Origin: a virus
Reading direction: 5' to 3' (one strand)
IMG/VR virus record: IMGVR_UViG_3300025151_008080
Span: 6,760-70,759 of that record
DNA length: 64,000 nt
Part shown: positions 48,377 to 58,206 of the stretch, piece by piece
How positions within the stretch are numbered: the first letter of the stretch is position 1
Layout of the letters: each line of letters opens with the position of its first letter
Translations under genes and position numbers: made by a program
The notes under the pieces: generated by a model
Told to the model about the DNA's origin: nothing
Database searches by the model: none
The model's input: the letters and a program-made list of their open reading frames with translations, nothing else

Positions 48377-49261
48377 ATGGCTAAAGATGAAATAATCTTT
48401 ACCGACTTAGATTTAGACGGTTCATGTAGTTATTTAATACATGTCTGGTTAACCGGTAAAAAACAAAAGGTTGTAACTCTCAAGGTAAGTGATCTCAGAG
48501 AAAAGTTTCTCCAGTGGTTAACTTCTAATAAAATAGAGAGCTATAAACGTGTATATTTTTATGACTTAGATACAACTGAAATAAAAGATCTAATTGATAA
48601 AGATAATGTATACATATTTGATCATCATAAAACTCATAATGCAGAATATAAAAACGCAACTGCAATAATAGAAAAGGATTGTCCTTCTTGTAGTAAGCTT
48701 TTATACAAACATTATAAAGATAAGATAAACCTTACTATGGAGCAAAAGCATTTAATTGCTTTAGTTAATGATTATGATTGCTATGAATTACAGTTTCCAG
48801 AAAGTAATAAACTTAATTTCTTATTCTGGTATAAGAACGGCAATAAGCTCCAAAATTTTATAGATGATTTTGAACATGGTTTTCACGGATTTACTACTGA
48901 ACAGAATAAAATAATTAGCTTTCATTTTTACAAATATAAGAAAGTAGTAAAAGATCTAAATTTATTTGAAACAAATCTTAATATCGCTTCTAAAGAGTAT
49001 AGATTTGTTAGTGCATTTGTAAGTGAATATGTAAACGATGTAGGCCAACATATTATAGATACAACAAACTGTGATGTATGTATAATGATTAATCTAAAGA
49101 ACAATAGAGTGTATTTGCGAAAAAACAAAAATTGTGATTTAGATTTAGGTAAGTTTGCAAAGAAAGTATGTGATGGTGGAGGTCATGAATATGCAGCGGG
49201 TGGAAATTTAAATGATAACGTACTTGCGCTAAGTAAGCAATTTGTACCAATTAATGGATAA
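48377..49261 (+). CDS. DHH/DHHA1 phosphoesterase
   Basis: D.DLDG, DL, FDHH, DYD and GGGH..AAG; TATAAATA at 48363-48370. Confidence 0.85.
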   Translation: MAKDEIIFTDLDLDGSCSYLIHVWLTGKKQKVVTLKVSDLREKFLQWLTSNKIESYKRVYFYDLDTTEIKDLIDKDNVYIFDHHKTHNAEYKNATAIIEKDCPSCSKLLYKHYKDKINLTMEQKHLIALVNDYDCYELQFPESNKLNFLFWYKNGNKLQNFIDDFEHGFHGFTTEQNKIISFHFYKYKKVVKDLNLFETNLNIASKEYRFVSAFVSEYVNDVGQHIIDTTNCDVCIMINLKNNRVYLRKNKNCDLDLGKFAKKVCDGGGHEYAAGGNLNDNVLALSKQFVPING

Positions 49262-49529
49262 TCCATACAGCACACTAGAACGTAAAGATAATATACACAA
49301 ATTTTTAAGTTTGTGTAGCTTTATATCTATCTGCGAAAACAAAAAAGTAAACTTAGCTAATGTATTTTTATTAGTTCTAAAAGAAAAAAAATATAGAGAA
49401 TTGTTCAAAGAGTCGCTAATATTAGAAAGTAATTTTGAAGTAGTGAAATTATTTTTACAGCACGATCCTTTTTTATATAAGAGTAAATATATAACAAAGT
49501 TTTTGAAGAAAAATTCTCTTAATATATGA
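49254..49529 (+). CDS. Hypothetical protein
   Basis: ORF overlapping both neighbours; ATG at 49254. Confidence 0.55.
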   Translation: MDNPYSTLERKDNIHKFLSLCSFISICENKKVNLANVFLLVLKEKKYRELFKESLILESNFEVVKLFLQHDPFLYKSKYITKFLKKNSLNI

Positions 49530-50182
49530 ACGATAAGAATACATTAACACCATACGAGAAAAACATTTATAATTTTTATTTGAGATCGACGAGGCAGGAT
49601 AAAGGGTTTACTCCGCGTAAAAATTTTAACGAAATTACTCCAGAGCTTTTTAACCAAATTAAAACCATTTCTAAGGTAATAAAAAGCAAAAAACTTAACC
49701 CTCGGTTATTTTTCGACGCTCCATACAAGATATGGCTTGAGGAACATGTACGTTTTGAATTTTATAGCACCTTCAAGGCTGTCTCTACATATAAGAAATA
49801 TGTTTCTTTTATTGAGTTGACTGAACCCGATCATGAACATAACGCGTATTCTCTAAAAGAAGGGATGAAATTTATATACTCAAAATGCGTTGACAACAAT
49901 TTAACTAACGTTTATGATTATCTCAATGTTCAGAGCGGTGTCTATCCTGATTTCTTATTAGATTTAAAAGATAGAAATATATCTATTTACTGTCTAATTG
50001 CGCTAAATGTAAAAGAGGAACATATTAATCTAGAGACGAAAGTAGTTGATTTCCTCTACAAAGACTTTTATAATATTTTAAACAGCTTGAGATCGAAGTA
50101 TGTTTATTCGAAAAAAATCAAGCCGTTGAGTATAAAACTAATAAAAACTATTGATAAAATATTAAAGAATAATGACAACTAG
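49526..50182 (+). CDS. Hypothetical protein, possibly gp59-like helicase loader
   Basis: 218 aa basic/aromatic helical protein directly upstream of gp32, the T4 gp59 position. Call rests on size and synteny only. Confidence 0.35.
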   Translation: MNDKNTLTPYEKNIYNFYLRSTRQDKGFTPRKNFNEITPELFNQIKTISKVIKSKKLNPRLFFDAPYKIWLEEHVRFEFYSTFKAVSTYKKYVSFIELTEPDHEHNAYSLKEGMKFIYSKCVDNNLTNVYDYLNVQSGVYPDFLLDLKDRNISIYCLIALNVKEEHINLETKVVDFLYKDFYNILNSLRSKYVYSKKIKPLSIKLIKTIDKILKNNDN

Positions 50183-51020
50183 TATGTTTGAATCGATTAG
50201 AGGTGCGTTGAGTAAGTCAACGCAGGCTAGCAACAATAGTACAAGTAATATTATGCGGTTAAGACCTGGTAATACTTATGTTGTACGACTTGTTCCGTAT
50301 GTGAAAGATCCGAGTAAAACGTTCTTTCACTACTACTCACACGGGTGGGTTAGTGAAGCGACTGGTCAATACCAGAGTGCAATTAGTCCACAAACTTGGG
50401 GTGATCGTGACCCTATCGCAGAAGCTAGGTTTCGTATTACTCGAACTGGCTCTGAAGATGAAAAAGAAAAAGCAAAAATGCTTAATCGGAAAGAGAACTG
50501 GCTAATCAATGTCTTTGTTGTAAAAGATAATGAGAATCCAGAAAACGAAGGTAAGGTAAAGATTCTTCGCTTCGGTCGTCAATTGCATAAGATTATTATG
50601 GAAGCGATTGAAGGAGAGGATGCGGAAGAGTTTGGTGAAAAGATTTTTGATCTAACTGACTCTGGCTGTAACCTTCGTATTAAGGTAGAAGAGCAAGGTG
50701 GTTTTCCTACTTATGTTAGCTCTAGGTTCGCGTCTTCGTCTGATATTGACGCAACTCCAGATAGTGTTTATTCAGAAGCGTTTGATTTGGAAAATGTATT
50801 TCCTGTCAAATCTTATGATGAACTAGAAGTAATGCTTAACGAGCATTATTATAATAAGCGAGAATCAGATACATCTACTGCAGTAGTATCTGAGACAGTA
50901 ACAAGTACTACTACTCCTGATACTGATGACGATGACGATCTAGACTTCGATACAGTATCAACCCCTGCAGGTAAGGTTGACGAAGATAAAGTAAAAAATC
51001 TTCTCGACTCTTTAGATTAA
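50172..51020 (+). CDS. Single-stranded DNA-binding protein gp32
   Basis: VRLVP, YYSHGW, SPQTWG..DPI, NV.VV.D..NPENEGKVKI.RFG and Y..S.F, with an acidic C-terminal tail. Confidence 0.92.
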   Translation: MTTSMFESIRGALSKSTQASNNSTSNIMRLRPGNTYVVRLVPYVKDPSKTFFHYYSHGWVSEATGQYQSAISPQTWGDRDPIAEARFRITRTGSEDEKEKAKMLNRKENWLINVFVVKDNENPENEGKVKILRFGRQLHKIIMEAIEGEDAEEFGEKIFDLTDSGCNLRIKVEEQGGFPTYVSSRFASSSDIDATPDSVYSEAFDLENVFPVKSYDELEVMLNEHYYNKRESDTSTAVVSETVTSTTTPDTDDDDDLDFDTVSTPAGKVDEDKVKNLLDSLD

Positions 51021-51029
51021 TAAAAACAC

Positions 51030-51057
51030 GGGGAGGGAAACCTCCCCTCTTTTCTTT
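51030..51057 (+). terminator. Intrinsic terminator after gp32
   Basis: GGGGAGG-GAAA-CCTCCCC followed by TCTTTTCTTT. Confidence 0.85.
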
Positions 51058-51063
51058 ATTTTT

Positions 51064-51450
51064 ATGGATGAAATAGATAATGAAACAAAAATGTTCTTGC
51101 ATCAAATGAATGCAATGGCACATGGTTTAAATAAAGATATAGTACAAAAAAGCGCTACTATGCAAAATATTCCTTTGACTAAGGAAATTTATAGCGATCA
51201 TAAACCAAGACCACAACAACAGCATATACCGCAGCAACCAGCTCCGCAAATTTCTCCTAACGTACAGCCACAAGTTAACGTACAGTCTCAGGATCTTACC
51301 CCTCTTATTAATAGGGTAACATCTTTAGAAAAACAAGTAACTAAATTTGTTAATCTCATTGAACGTAATGTTGCAAAAAACGCAAAAGAAATTAACATAC
51401 GTATTAAATTAAACGAGAAAACAAATAATGACACTAAAGATACAGAATAG
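51064..51450 (+). CDS. Hypothetical Gln/Pro-rich coiled-coil protein
   Basis: 128 aa ORF. Confidence 0.6.
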   Translation: MDEIDNETKMFLHQMNAMAHGLNKDIVQKSATMQNIPLTKEIYSDHKPRPQQQHIPQQPAPQISPNVQPQVNVQSQDLTPLINRVTSLEKQVTKFVNLIERNVAKNAKEINIRIKLNEKTNNDTKDTE

Positions 51451-52162
51451 GGATAGCTTTGTACGAAATTTTTTACATCCTATCAGTAGGATCGCTACTA
51501 CTGTTAGTCTTAAGACTAATGATCAAGAATCTAAGATCTCTACTGTAGTACATAATAGTTCTAATATTTTTCTTAACGCGACGTATAATGTACGAATACA
51601 AGACTTAGAAAATAATGTCCTTTGTTTACCGGATGTAAACAAACTTATTAAAATTTTTCAATGTATTGAACAAGAAGATATTTCTGTTACAGTAAATAAA
51701 AATTGTATTAATTATACCGACAAAAATTGTAGGTTTAAGTATCATTTATTTGATGAGATTTTTAACAAAGGAGAATCATTTGATTTCAATAAAATACATC
51801 AAATAGAACCATGGACTAAAATTGAGCTTACTAAAGAGAAAAATAGTAGTATACTGAAAGCGTTACCTTTTGTAACTGAAACGAGTAAGTTATATTTACG
51901 ACAAGAGGCAGACTCTATTTACGCAGAACTTACTGATAAAAAGATACAAAACGTAGATAGTTATACAATATTACTCACTGATGAATATACTGGAGGTAAT
52001 ATTACTGAAGAACTTATACTTGATATAGAGCTGTTTAGACTTATATCTACATTGAATTTCGATAAGTATAATCTATATATTAATAATGAGTTTAAAATGC
52101 TCAAGTTAGAATTTAACCTTGATAATTGTAATTTAATTTTTGTAAGTACAAGCTATAAGTAA
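51428..52162 (+). CDS. Sliding clamp gp45-like
   Basis: 244 aa with a two-repeat beta/alpha pattern (LCLPDVNKLIKIF, INYT....FKYHL); replication context. Confidence 0.55.
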   Translation: MTLKIQNRDSFVRNFLHPISRIATTVSLKTNDQESKISTVVHNSSNIFLNATYNVRIQDLENNVLCLPDVNKLIKIFQCIEQEDISVTVNKNCINYTDKNCRFKYHLFDEIFNKGESFDFNKIHQIEPWTKIELTKEKNSSILKALPFVTETSKLYLRQEADSIYAELTDKKIQNVDSYTILLTDEYTGGNITEELILDIELFRLISTLNFDKYNLYINNEFKMLKLEFNLDNCNLIFVSTSYK

Positions 52163-52452
52163 TGAAAAATAAAGTTACAACTTGCGGTTATTTTATTAAA
52201 AGACTTCGAGATAACGGGTATACAGTAAATAGAATTTTTGATAACTATTGTCCCTCCGACCCGAGAAGGTGGACCATCATGGTCGATCCGGAAAACTGCG
52301 CTCTATTTATTACATGTTATATGAATAAAGACTGGTACGGTGATCTGATGTTTGAGTTTAATAACGGTCAGCAATTTAAAAACTTTCAGCTTAAAACAGA
52401 CAGCATGGAAGTAATAATAACAAAACTAATAGAAAAAAACATTAATCCTTAA
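52162..52452 (+). CDS. Hypothetical protein
   Basis: 96 aa, translationally coupled (TAATG). Confidence 0.65.
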   Translation: MKNKVTTCGYFIKRLRDNGYTVNRIFDNYCPSDPRRWTIMVDPENCALFITCYMNKDWYGDLMFEFNNGQQFKNFQLKTDSMEVIITKLIEKNINP

Positions 52453-52733
52453 TGCCACGTAAAACTAGTAAACCAAAAAACTTCGATAATCTACTCAAAT
52501 CTAATATAAGTGCAGTAGAGTCTATATCAGGAAAAGACAGAAAAAATATATCTATTATTCATGATTATCTATCTGAATATCTTAAATCTTTTGTTTTACT
52601 TGGTTATGACACAACAGGAGAAAGTGTAGTTGTAATTGCTGGAAAAACAGCTCAAGATTATGACGCGATTGAAACATTATTGAAAAGAGTGAGTAATATT
52701 GACTTTTTTAAAGAAATACAGGAAGAAAAATGA
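52452..52733 (+). CDS. Hypothetical protein
   Basis: 93 aa, translationally coupled. Confidence 0.65.
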   Translation: MPRKTSKPKNFDNLLKSNISAVESISGKDRKNISIIHDYLSEYLKSFVLLGYDTTGESVVVIAGKTAQDYDAIETLLKRVSNIDFFKEIQEEK

Positions 52734-53626
52734 ACAAAATTATTGTTATTGGTAACGGTTATATAGGTAGTAAATTAGCTAAAGATTTAATCGAAGACAA
52801 AAACGAAGATATACTTCATCTATACAAGTATGATTATGATAACCCTAAAGTATTAAACGATACTTTATTTAATACCTTACATTCTTATTTGAATAATAAC
52901 AAAAAGAATTCCGAGGAACCAATATGGGTAGTTAATTGTGTAGGTTATACAGGTAAGCCAAACGTTGATGCTTGTGAAGAAGAAAAAGAAAAATGCTGGG
53001 CTTTGAATGTTACATTCCCTACATTATTAGCAAATGTTTGTTTGAAGCATAACGTAAAACTAATTAATGTCAGTTCTGGTTGTATTTACTCCGGTGATAT
53101 GGTTTACGATGAAGAAGACTGGCCTGACTTTGGAGTTGATAGTCCTGATAGTAGTTGGTATAGTCGTACTAAGCATGCAGCAGAACTTAGTCTTAACGCT
53201 TTTCCTAACGTATATACCTTAAGAATACGAATGCCTATATGTGCTGACTTTAATTCAGGTAAAAACTATCTCACAAAGATCTTAAAGTATAATGATCTAT
53301 TACAAGAAGTAAATTCTAAAACTGTAATACCTGATCTCTTAAAGGTAATATATAAGATAATTAACATGCAGGATATACCAACTGGAATTTACAATGTAGT
53401 AAATCCAGAACCTATAGATACAAAATCAGTTACTGAAATTTTAGATAAAAATGGTATGTGGAATCCGCATTGGAAATTTATTGACTATAACGATCTTAAA
53501 AAACATATTAAAGCTAATAGATCGAATTGTAAGCTTTCTACTGAAAAATCTCGATTGTATAATATCGAATTACAGCCAGAAACTGCCTCTTTAGAAGCAT
53601 TGTTTGAGAAACAAGATGAAGAATAA
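52730..53626 (+). CDS. NDP-4-keto-6-deoxyglucose epimerase/reductase (RmlD-like, NRS/ER type)
   Basis: G.GYIG, GYTGKPNVDACE, SSGCIY, YSRTK, LRIRMP and NYLTKI. Confidence 0.85.
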   Translation: MNKIIVIGNGYIGSKLAKDLIEDKNEDILHLYKYDYDNPKVLNDTLFNTLHSYLNNNKKNSEEPIWVVNCVGYTGKPNVDACEEEKEKCWALNVTFPTLLANVCLKHNVKLINVSSGCIYSGDMVYDEEDWPDFGVDSPDSSWYSRTKHAAELSLNAFPNVYTLRIRMPICADFNSGKNYLTKILKYNDLLQEVNSKTVIPDLLKVIYKIINMQDIPTGIYNVVNPEPIDTKSVTEILDKNGMWNPHWKFIDYNDLKKHIKANRSNCKLSTEKSRLYNIELQPETASLEALFEKQDEE

Positions 53627-54626
53627 AAATATTTTAATTACCGGTGGTCTAGGTTTTATAGGTAGCCACTTCGCAGAGTATATACATGAAGTAGCTGATA
53701 ATTGTACAGTAACAATTATTGATAAAAAAAGCTATTGTGTATCTCGTGAAACAGAAGAATATATATGGAACCTATACAATTCAAAGAAGTCAAACGGTTT
53801 AAGTATACTTTATAAAGATATTAATTTAATTAATGATATATCGACCTATGATTATATTGTAAATTTTGCAGCTGAATCTCATGTTGATAATAGCATTAAT
53901 GATGGAGACCCGTTTATGACCTCAAATGTTAACGGGGTATATAATTTACTATCAATGTTAAATGATAAACAAAGATTCGTGCAAATAGGTACGGATGAAG
54001 TTTACGGTTCGTTATCTTTTGAAGCTGAAAGTTCTATTGAGTCAGACACATTATACCCTAGTTCTGTATACTCTTCGACGAAAGCTGCTGCCGATCTAAT
54101 AGCTTTATCTTTCCACAAAACTCATAAAAGAGATATCGTTATTACAAGATGTACAAATAATTTCGGTCCTAGACAATATCATGAAAAATTAATACCAGTT
54201 GTAGTTAAAAAGGCGCTAGCTGATGAACCAATCCCAGTATATGGAGATGGTCGAAACGTACGACAATGGATTTATGTAAAAGAACATTGCGAGAAAATTT
54301 ATAATATAATGCTACACGGACAATCTGGAGAAATTTATAATATAGCTCCGCAATATGAATCCGAGATTGATAATCTCACTATTGTGAAAGAAATATTATC
54401 TGTACTTGAAAAACCGGAAAGTCTTATTTCTTTTGTAACAGATAGAAAGGGCCATGATTTTAGATATTCTTTAAATGATAATAAATACACGACAAATCTC
54501 ATGAAAGGTAAGCCTGTACAGTTAGAATTTGAAACAACTAAAAAAACATTTGCAGAAGATTTGAGAAACACTATAATGTGGTACAAACAAAATTATGACT
54601 GGTGGGGAAAAAAATCTTATAATTGA
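53616..54626 (+). CDS. rmlB: dTDP-glucose 4,6-dehydratase
   Basis: TGGLGFIGS, NFAAESHVD.SI, TDEVYG, YSSTKA, NNFGP.Q..EK, YGDG..VR.W and DRKGHDFRY. Confidence 0.93.
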   Translation: MKNKNILITGGLGFIGSHFAEYIHEVADNCTVTIIDKKSYCVSRETEEYIWNLYNSKKSNGLSILYKDINLINDISTYDYIVNFAAESHVDNSINDGDPFMTSNVNGVYNLLSMLNDKQRFVQIGTDEVYGSLSFEAESSIESDTLYPSSVYSSTKAAADLIALSFHKTHKRDIVITRCTNNFGPRQYHEKLIPVVVKKALADEPIPVYGDGRNVRQWIYVKEHCEKIYNIMLHGQSGEIYNIAPQYESEIDNLTIVKEILSVLEKPESLISFVTDRKGHDFRYSLNDNKYTTNLMKGKPVQLEFETTKKTFAEDLRNTIMWYKQNYDWWGKKSYN

Positions 54627-55551
54627 CGGCAATAACTTGCTGTATCGTGTTTTTTGGACTAGTAATTTTAAAATAACTGAATCTGACTCTCCGGGTCAGA
54701 TTTTTTTATTCTTAAGATCTTTAAAGTCTTATGTAGATAAATATAAACCTAAAAACATTTACTGCGCATGGGATAAGAAGCTAGATTGGCCATGTACTAA
54801 TTTTCGTCGAGAAGCAACTGCAGTTGAATATAAAGCAGGTCGGGATGATGAAAAGTTTAAAGATGTGTTTAAGCAATGTGATTATATAATTGAACTACTT
54901 ACATACTTAGGGGTAAAAAATATATACCCTAAGCGAATGGAAGCAGATGATGTTATGGCATGGTTAGCTAAGACTCTACCTGGGGAAAATATTATTGTTA
55001 CAACTGATAAAGATTTGTTGCAAACTATTAACGAAAATACTAAAGTATATAGTCCTATAAAAAAGAAAGAAGTATCGCTCAATAACTTTACAGATTTTAC
55101 CGGGGTAGAAAAAGAATATTATATGTCTTATAGAGCAGTTACTGGTGATAAGTCAGATAATATACCAGGTATTCCTCGATATGGTATAAAAAAGTTTCTT
55201 AAATTAGAACACAAAATTGGTACGTTCGGAGATGAAACCCACGCAATATTACTCAGTGAAAGCATTACAGAGGAACAATTTGAAATATATAAGCGCAACT
55301 GGGAATTAATGAATCTACAAGTTGGTTATACATATTATGATGATGAAATACCAGCATACGAAAACCAAGTAGAACAATTAAAAAAATTATCTGCTAATTT
55401 TACTAAATTTACAGAAGAAGCTAAAAAACTCGATATGTGGAATATTGTAAGAAATATTACATCATGGAGAGAGTCTTTTAACAACAATAAAAATATACTA
55501 AATATTATTAACAAAGCGATTAAAAATGTCACACACACCCAATCAACCTAG
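54595..55551 (+). CDS. 5'-3' exonuclease / T4 RNase H-like
   Basis: IIDGNNL, WD, YKAGR, EADD, DKDLLQ and GDKSDNIPGI. Confidence 0.92.
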   Translation: MTGGEKNLIIDGNNLLYRVFWTSNFKITESDSPGQIFLFLRSLKSYVDKYKPKNIYCAWDKKLDWPCTNFRREATAVEYKAGRDDEKFKDVFKQCDYIIELLTYLGVKNIYPKRMEADDVMAWLAKTLPGENIIVTTDKDLLQTINENTKVYSPIKKKEVSLNNFTDFTGVEKEYYMSYRAVTGDKSDNIPGIPRYGIKKFLKLEHKIGTFGDETHAILLSESITEEQFEIYKRNWELMNLQVGYTYYDDEIPAYENQVEQLKKLSANFTKFTEEAKKLDMWNIVRNITSWRESFNNNKNILNIINKAIKNVTHTQST

Positions 55552-55708
55552 ACCAATCGTCGGACCTTCAGGACAAACAGTTCGACCAGTAATTAGAGAA
55601 ATTCGAGTAGGAAATGAAATACGAACTGAAGCTCATTATACAGATCCTGGTACCGGTCAATTTATAACTAAGATTCCTATTTCTACGCGTAAAGTAGATG
55701 ATAAGTGA
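55526..55708 (+). CDS. Small hypothetical protein
   Basis: 60 aa overlapping both the RNase H and primase gene ends. Confidence 0.6.
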   Translation: MSHTPNQPRPIVGPSGQTVRPVIREIRVGNEIRTEAHYTDPGTGQFITKIPISTRKVDDK

Positions 55709-56720
55709 AGTTATACCACAAGAATATATTGTACAAAAGTTCTTTCAATACGCTGGTTATCCTAAATACAAAAGGTTAACTGATGTATATGAAGGTGGTT
55801 GTCCTATATGCCGAGAGGGTAAATCTTGGGGTAAAAAACGTAGGTTATATTACGTAGTAAAAGAGAATTATATTTTTTGTCATAATTGTGGTTGGTCGGG
55901 TTCTCCAGTAAAATGGGTACAAGAAGTTACAGGTCAAAACTATTTTGATATTGTACAAGAAAGTAAAAATATTGAAACGTTTAGCCTCCCTCCTTCTACA
56001 ACAGAGCATAAAGTTGAAGAAAAAATAGAATCCCTCCCGGGAGATTGTATTAACTTATATGATAAAACACAAAGAGCTTTTTACAGTCATGAAGCTATGT
56101 TTAAACACGCGATTGATACGTGTGAAAGTAGAAGGCTGTTTACTGCTGTAAATCGACCTAAAACTTTATGGTTTTGCAGAAACGATTTTGTACATAAAAA
56201 TAGAATTATTATTCCGTTCTATAAAGATAATAATATTAATTTTTACCAGTCTCGTAAATTAGAACAAAACAAAAAAGATACTAAACCAAAATATCTCTCT
56301 AAAATAGGTGCGGATCGGACTATATTTAACTTTGATAATATACAACAAGAGTTAGAATACATATTTATTTTTGAAGGCCCTATAGATAGCTTTTTTGTAA
56401 AAAACGGGGTTGCTACAGGTGGTATAAGTAAAGGCAAATCTTGTTTTACAAAAGAACAAGAAAATCAACTCAAACAAAAACCCTTTCATAAACGCATATG
56501 GGTATTAGATAATCAATACTGTGACACGACTGCAAAAATAAAAACTAATCAATTATTATCTTTAGGAGAGCAGTGCTTTATATGGCCAGAAGATCTCAAA
56601 CAATTTAAAGACTTTAACGATATATGTCAAAAAATAAACCGTGATCATATAGAACCACGGTTTATCATTAATAATAGTTATAACGAGCTTAAGGGAAAAT
56701 TATTACTTACTAGAATATAA
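55698..56720 (+). CDS. DNA primase gp61
   Basis: CPIC...CHNCG zinc finger, RIIIPF, QSR, KY, FEGPIDS, LDN and KDFND. Confidence 0.93.
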   Translation: MISEVIPQEYIVQKFFQYAGYPKYKRLTDVYEGGCPICREGKSWGKKRRLYYVVKENYIFCHNCGWSGSPVKWVQEVTGQNYFDIVQESKNIETFSLPPSTTEHKVEEKIESLPGDCINLYDKTQRAFYSHEAMFKHAIDTCESRRLFTAVNRPKTLWFCRNDFVHKNRIIIPFYKDNNINFYQSRKLEQNKKDTKPKYLSKIGADRTIFNFDNIQQELEYIFIFEGPIDSFFVKNGVATGGISKGKSCFTKEQENQLKQKPFHKRIWVLDNQYCDTTAKIKTNQLLSLGEQCFIWPEDLKQFKDFNDICQKINRDHIEPRFIINNSYNELKGKLLLTRI

Positions 56721-57047
56721 TTATTCCCCCCACCCTGCAGGTCTAGGGGTTTTTCTTCTTCCTAGTTTTCTCAAATGTAAATACCATAGCGTATCTGCTC
56801 GTTCATTTGTAGTCTTTGGTTTAGGAGCAGGTTTAGGAGCAGGTTTAGGAGCTGGGTCAACTTTGTCAGCTGCGAATTTAAAGGCTTCAATATCTTGCTG
56901 CGCTTGTTTTCTAGCAGCTTTAGCAGATTCAAAAATTTTAAATTTTTCCTCTTTTTCTTCCCCTTCAGCTGCTTTCCAATCACTCTTCGCGTTCGCTTCA
57001 GTGACCTTTGCTTCATCTAGTTTATTAATAAGTTCGTCGATAGTCAT
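56721..57047 (-). CDS. Hypothetical late protein with PAPK repeats
   Basis: 108 aa; TAAATA 7 nt upstream. Confidence 0.65.
   Translation of the reverse strand: MTIDELINKLDEAKVTEANAKSDWKAAEGEEKEEKFKIFESAKAARKQAQQDIEAFKFAADKVDPAPKPAPKPAPKPKTTNERADTLWYLHLRKLGRRKTPRPAGWGE
56818..56852. repeat. Coding 12-bp tandem repeat (GGTTTAGGAGCA) x~3
   Basis: Directly visible; encodes the PAPKPAPKPAPKP linker. Confidence 0.85.
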
Positions 57048-57053
57048 GATAAA

Positions 57054-57449
57054 TTATTTATGTTTTTCTATATGTAGGTTTTTGAATATTTGATTCAAAC
57101 TCGCAAGTCTTTCACAAACATCTAAAATTTCACTCTTTGTTGCATCAGATACATCATCAAATATAGTGCCTGTTTTGTTATCTGTGCGTAACACTCCTAA
57201 TACACTTTCAGTACCGCCGTTAAGATAATTAATTACTTCATCTAAATTATCTATCCACTCTTTGAGCATTTCTAACTCACGACCTGTATTAGGTTGTGTA
57301 TCTTGTACATCTTCGAAATCACCGGCATTACTAGGCTCGTCTAGACTTCCAGCGAAAGAATCTGCATCGTCTGAGGGCCCTGCGTCAATCGCTGGAACAT
57401 CCTCATCTTCTTTTAATAAAGATAAAAATCTATTTTCAAACTTTCCCAT
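57054..57449 (-). CDS. Hypothetical acidic late protein
   Basis: 131 aa; TAAATA 5 nt upstream. Confidence 0.65.
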   Translation of the reverse strand: MGKFENRFLSLLKEDEDVPAIDAGPSDDADSFAGSLDEPSNAGDFEDVQDTQPNTGRELEMLKEWIDNLDEVINYLNGGTESVLGVLRTDNKTGTIFDDVSDATKSEILDVCERLASLNQIFKNLHIEKHK

Positions 57450-57470
57450 ATAACTATTTATTAAATACTT

Positions 57471-57839
57471 ATGATGAAAGGCATACTTTTTGAAGATTTA
57501 TATATGTACACTAACAAGTATTGGAAGGATGTAAAGTCTAGACACGTTCGACCAACTACTAAAACTCTTAGCGATATCGCTAAAGCTAGTCCGGAAACAT
57601 ATAATAAAGTAAAGGCTGATCTTGTACCATTCCCTGGAGATCATGTTGTTGAACAATTAGGTACCGCGTTTAAAAATATATCAGACGCTAGTTATCTATT
57701 AAATCAATTATTTGAAAACCCAGTCGTTAAGACAAATGATAAAACTAAAAAATCTGTAAATAATAAGTTGCAAAAAATTCAAGATATAATAAAATCTATT
57801 ACAGACGATTTAGATAACGATGGTAGAGATAATTCGTAG
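57471..57839 (+). CDS. Hypothetical late protein
   Basis: 122 aa; divergent TAAATA at 57462-57467. Confidence 0.65.
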   Translation: MMKGILFEDLYMYTNKYWKDVKSRHVRPTTKTLSDIAKASPETYNKVKADLVPFPGDHVVEQLGTAFKNISDASYLLNQLFENPVVKTNDKTKKSVNNKLQKIQDIIKSITDDLDNDGRDNS

Positions 57840-58206
57840 TTTATTTATTTTAGTAATCATTTCTGGTTGTATAGGAGGTATTTCATATTACTTCTCACCT
57901 ACACTAGAGATGTTTACTAAAGTGTTTTTAGGAGCATTTTGCGCGCAAGTAATATTTTTTCTTATCTATAATAATATACTTCGATTTATTACTAGAATAA
58001 AATTAGAACAGGAAATGCTTCGATATGCGCAGCTTTCAGAAAAAAATACTATATTGATAGAATGTGAAGGTTGTAAAAAAGTTAATACTGTTCCTATCGA
58101 TCTGTCTACTGAGAATAAATTTAATTGCACTAAATGTGATGCAGAAAATAAAATACAAGTAGAATTTAAAACTATATTACCTACGAATATTATATATGAC
58201 AAGTAA
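57820..58206 (+). CDS. Membrane protein with C-terminal zinc ribbon
   Basis: Two hydrophobic segments followed by CEGC...CTKC. Confidence 0.65.
   Translation: MVEIIRSLFILVIISGCIGGISYYFSPTLEMFTKVFLGAFCAQVIFFLIYNNILRFITRIKLEQEMLRYAQLSEKNTILIECEGCKKVNTVPIDLSTENKFNCTKCDAENKIQVEFKTILPTNIIYDK

Noticed and set aside
56818-56852. 12-bp tandem repeat as a CRISPR or regulatory array
   Set aside because: No spacers; it simply encodes a PAPK linker.
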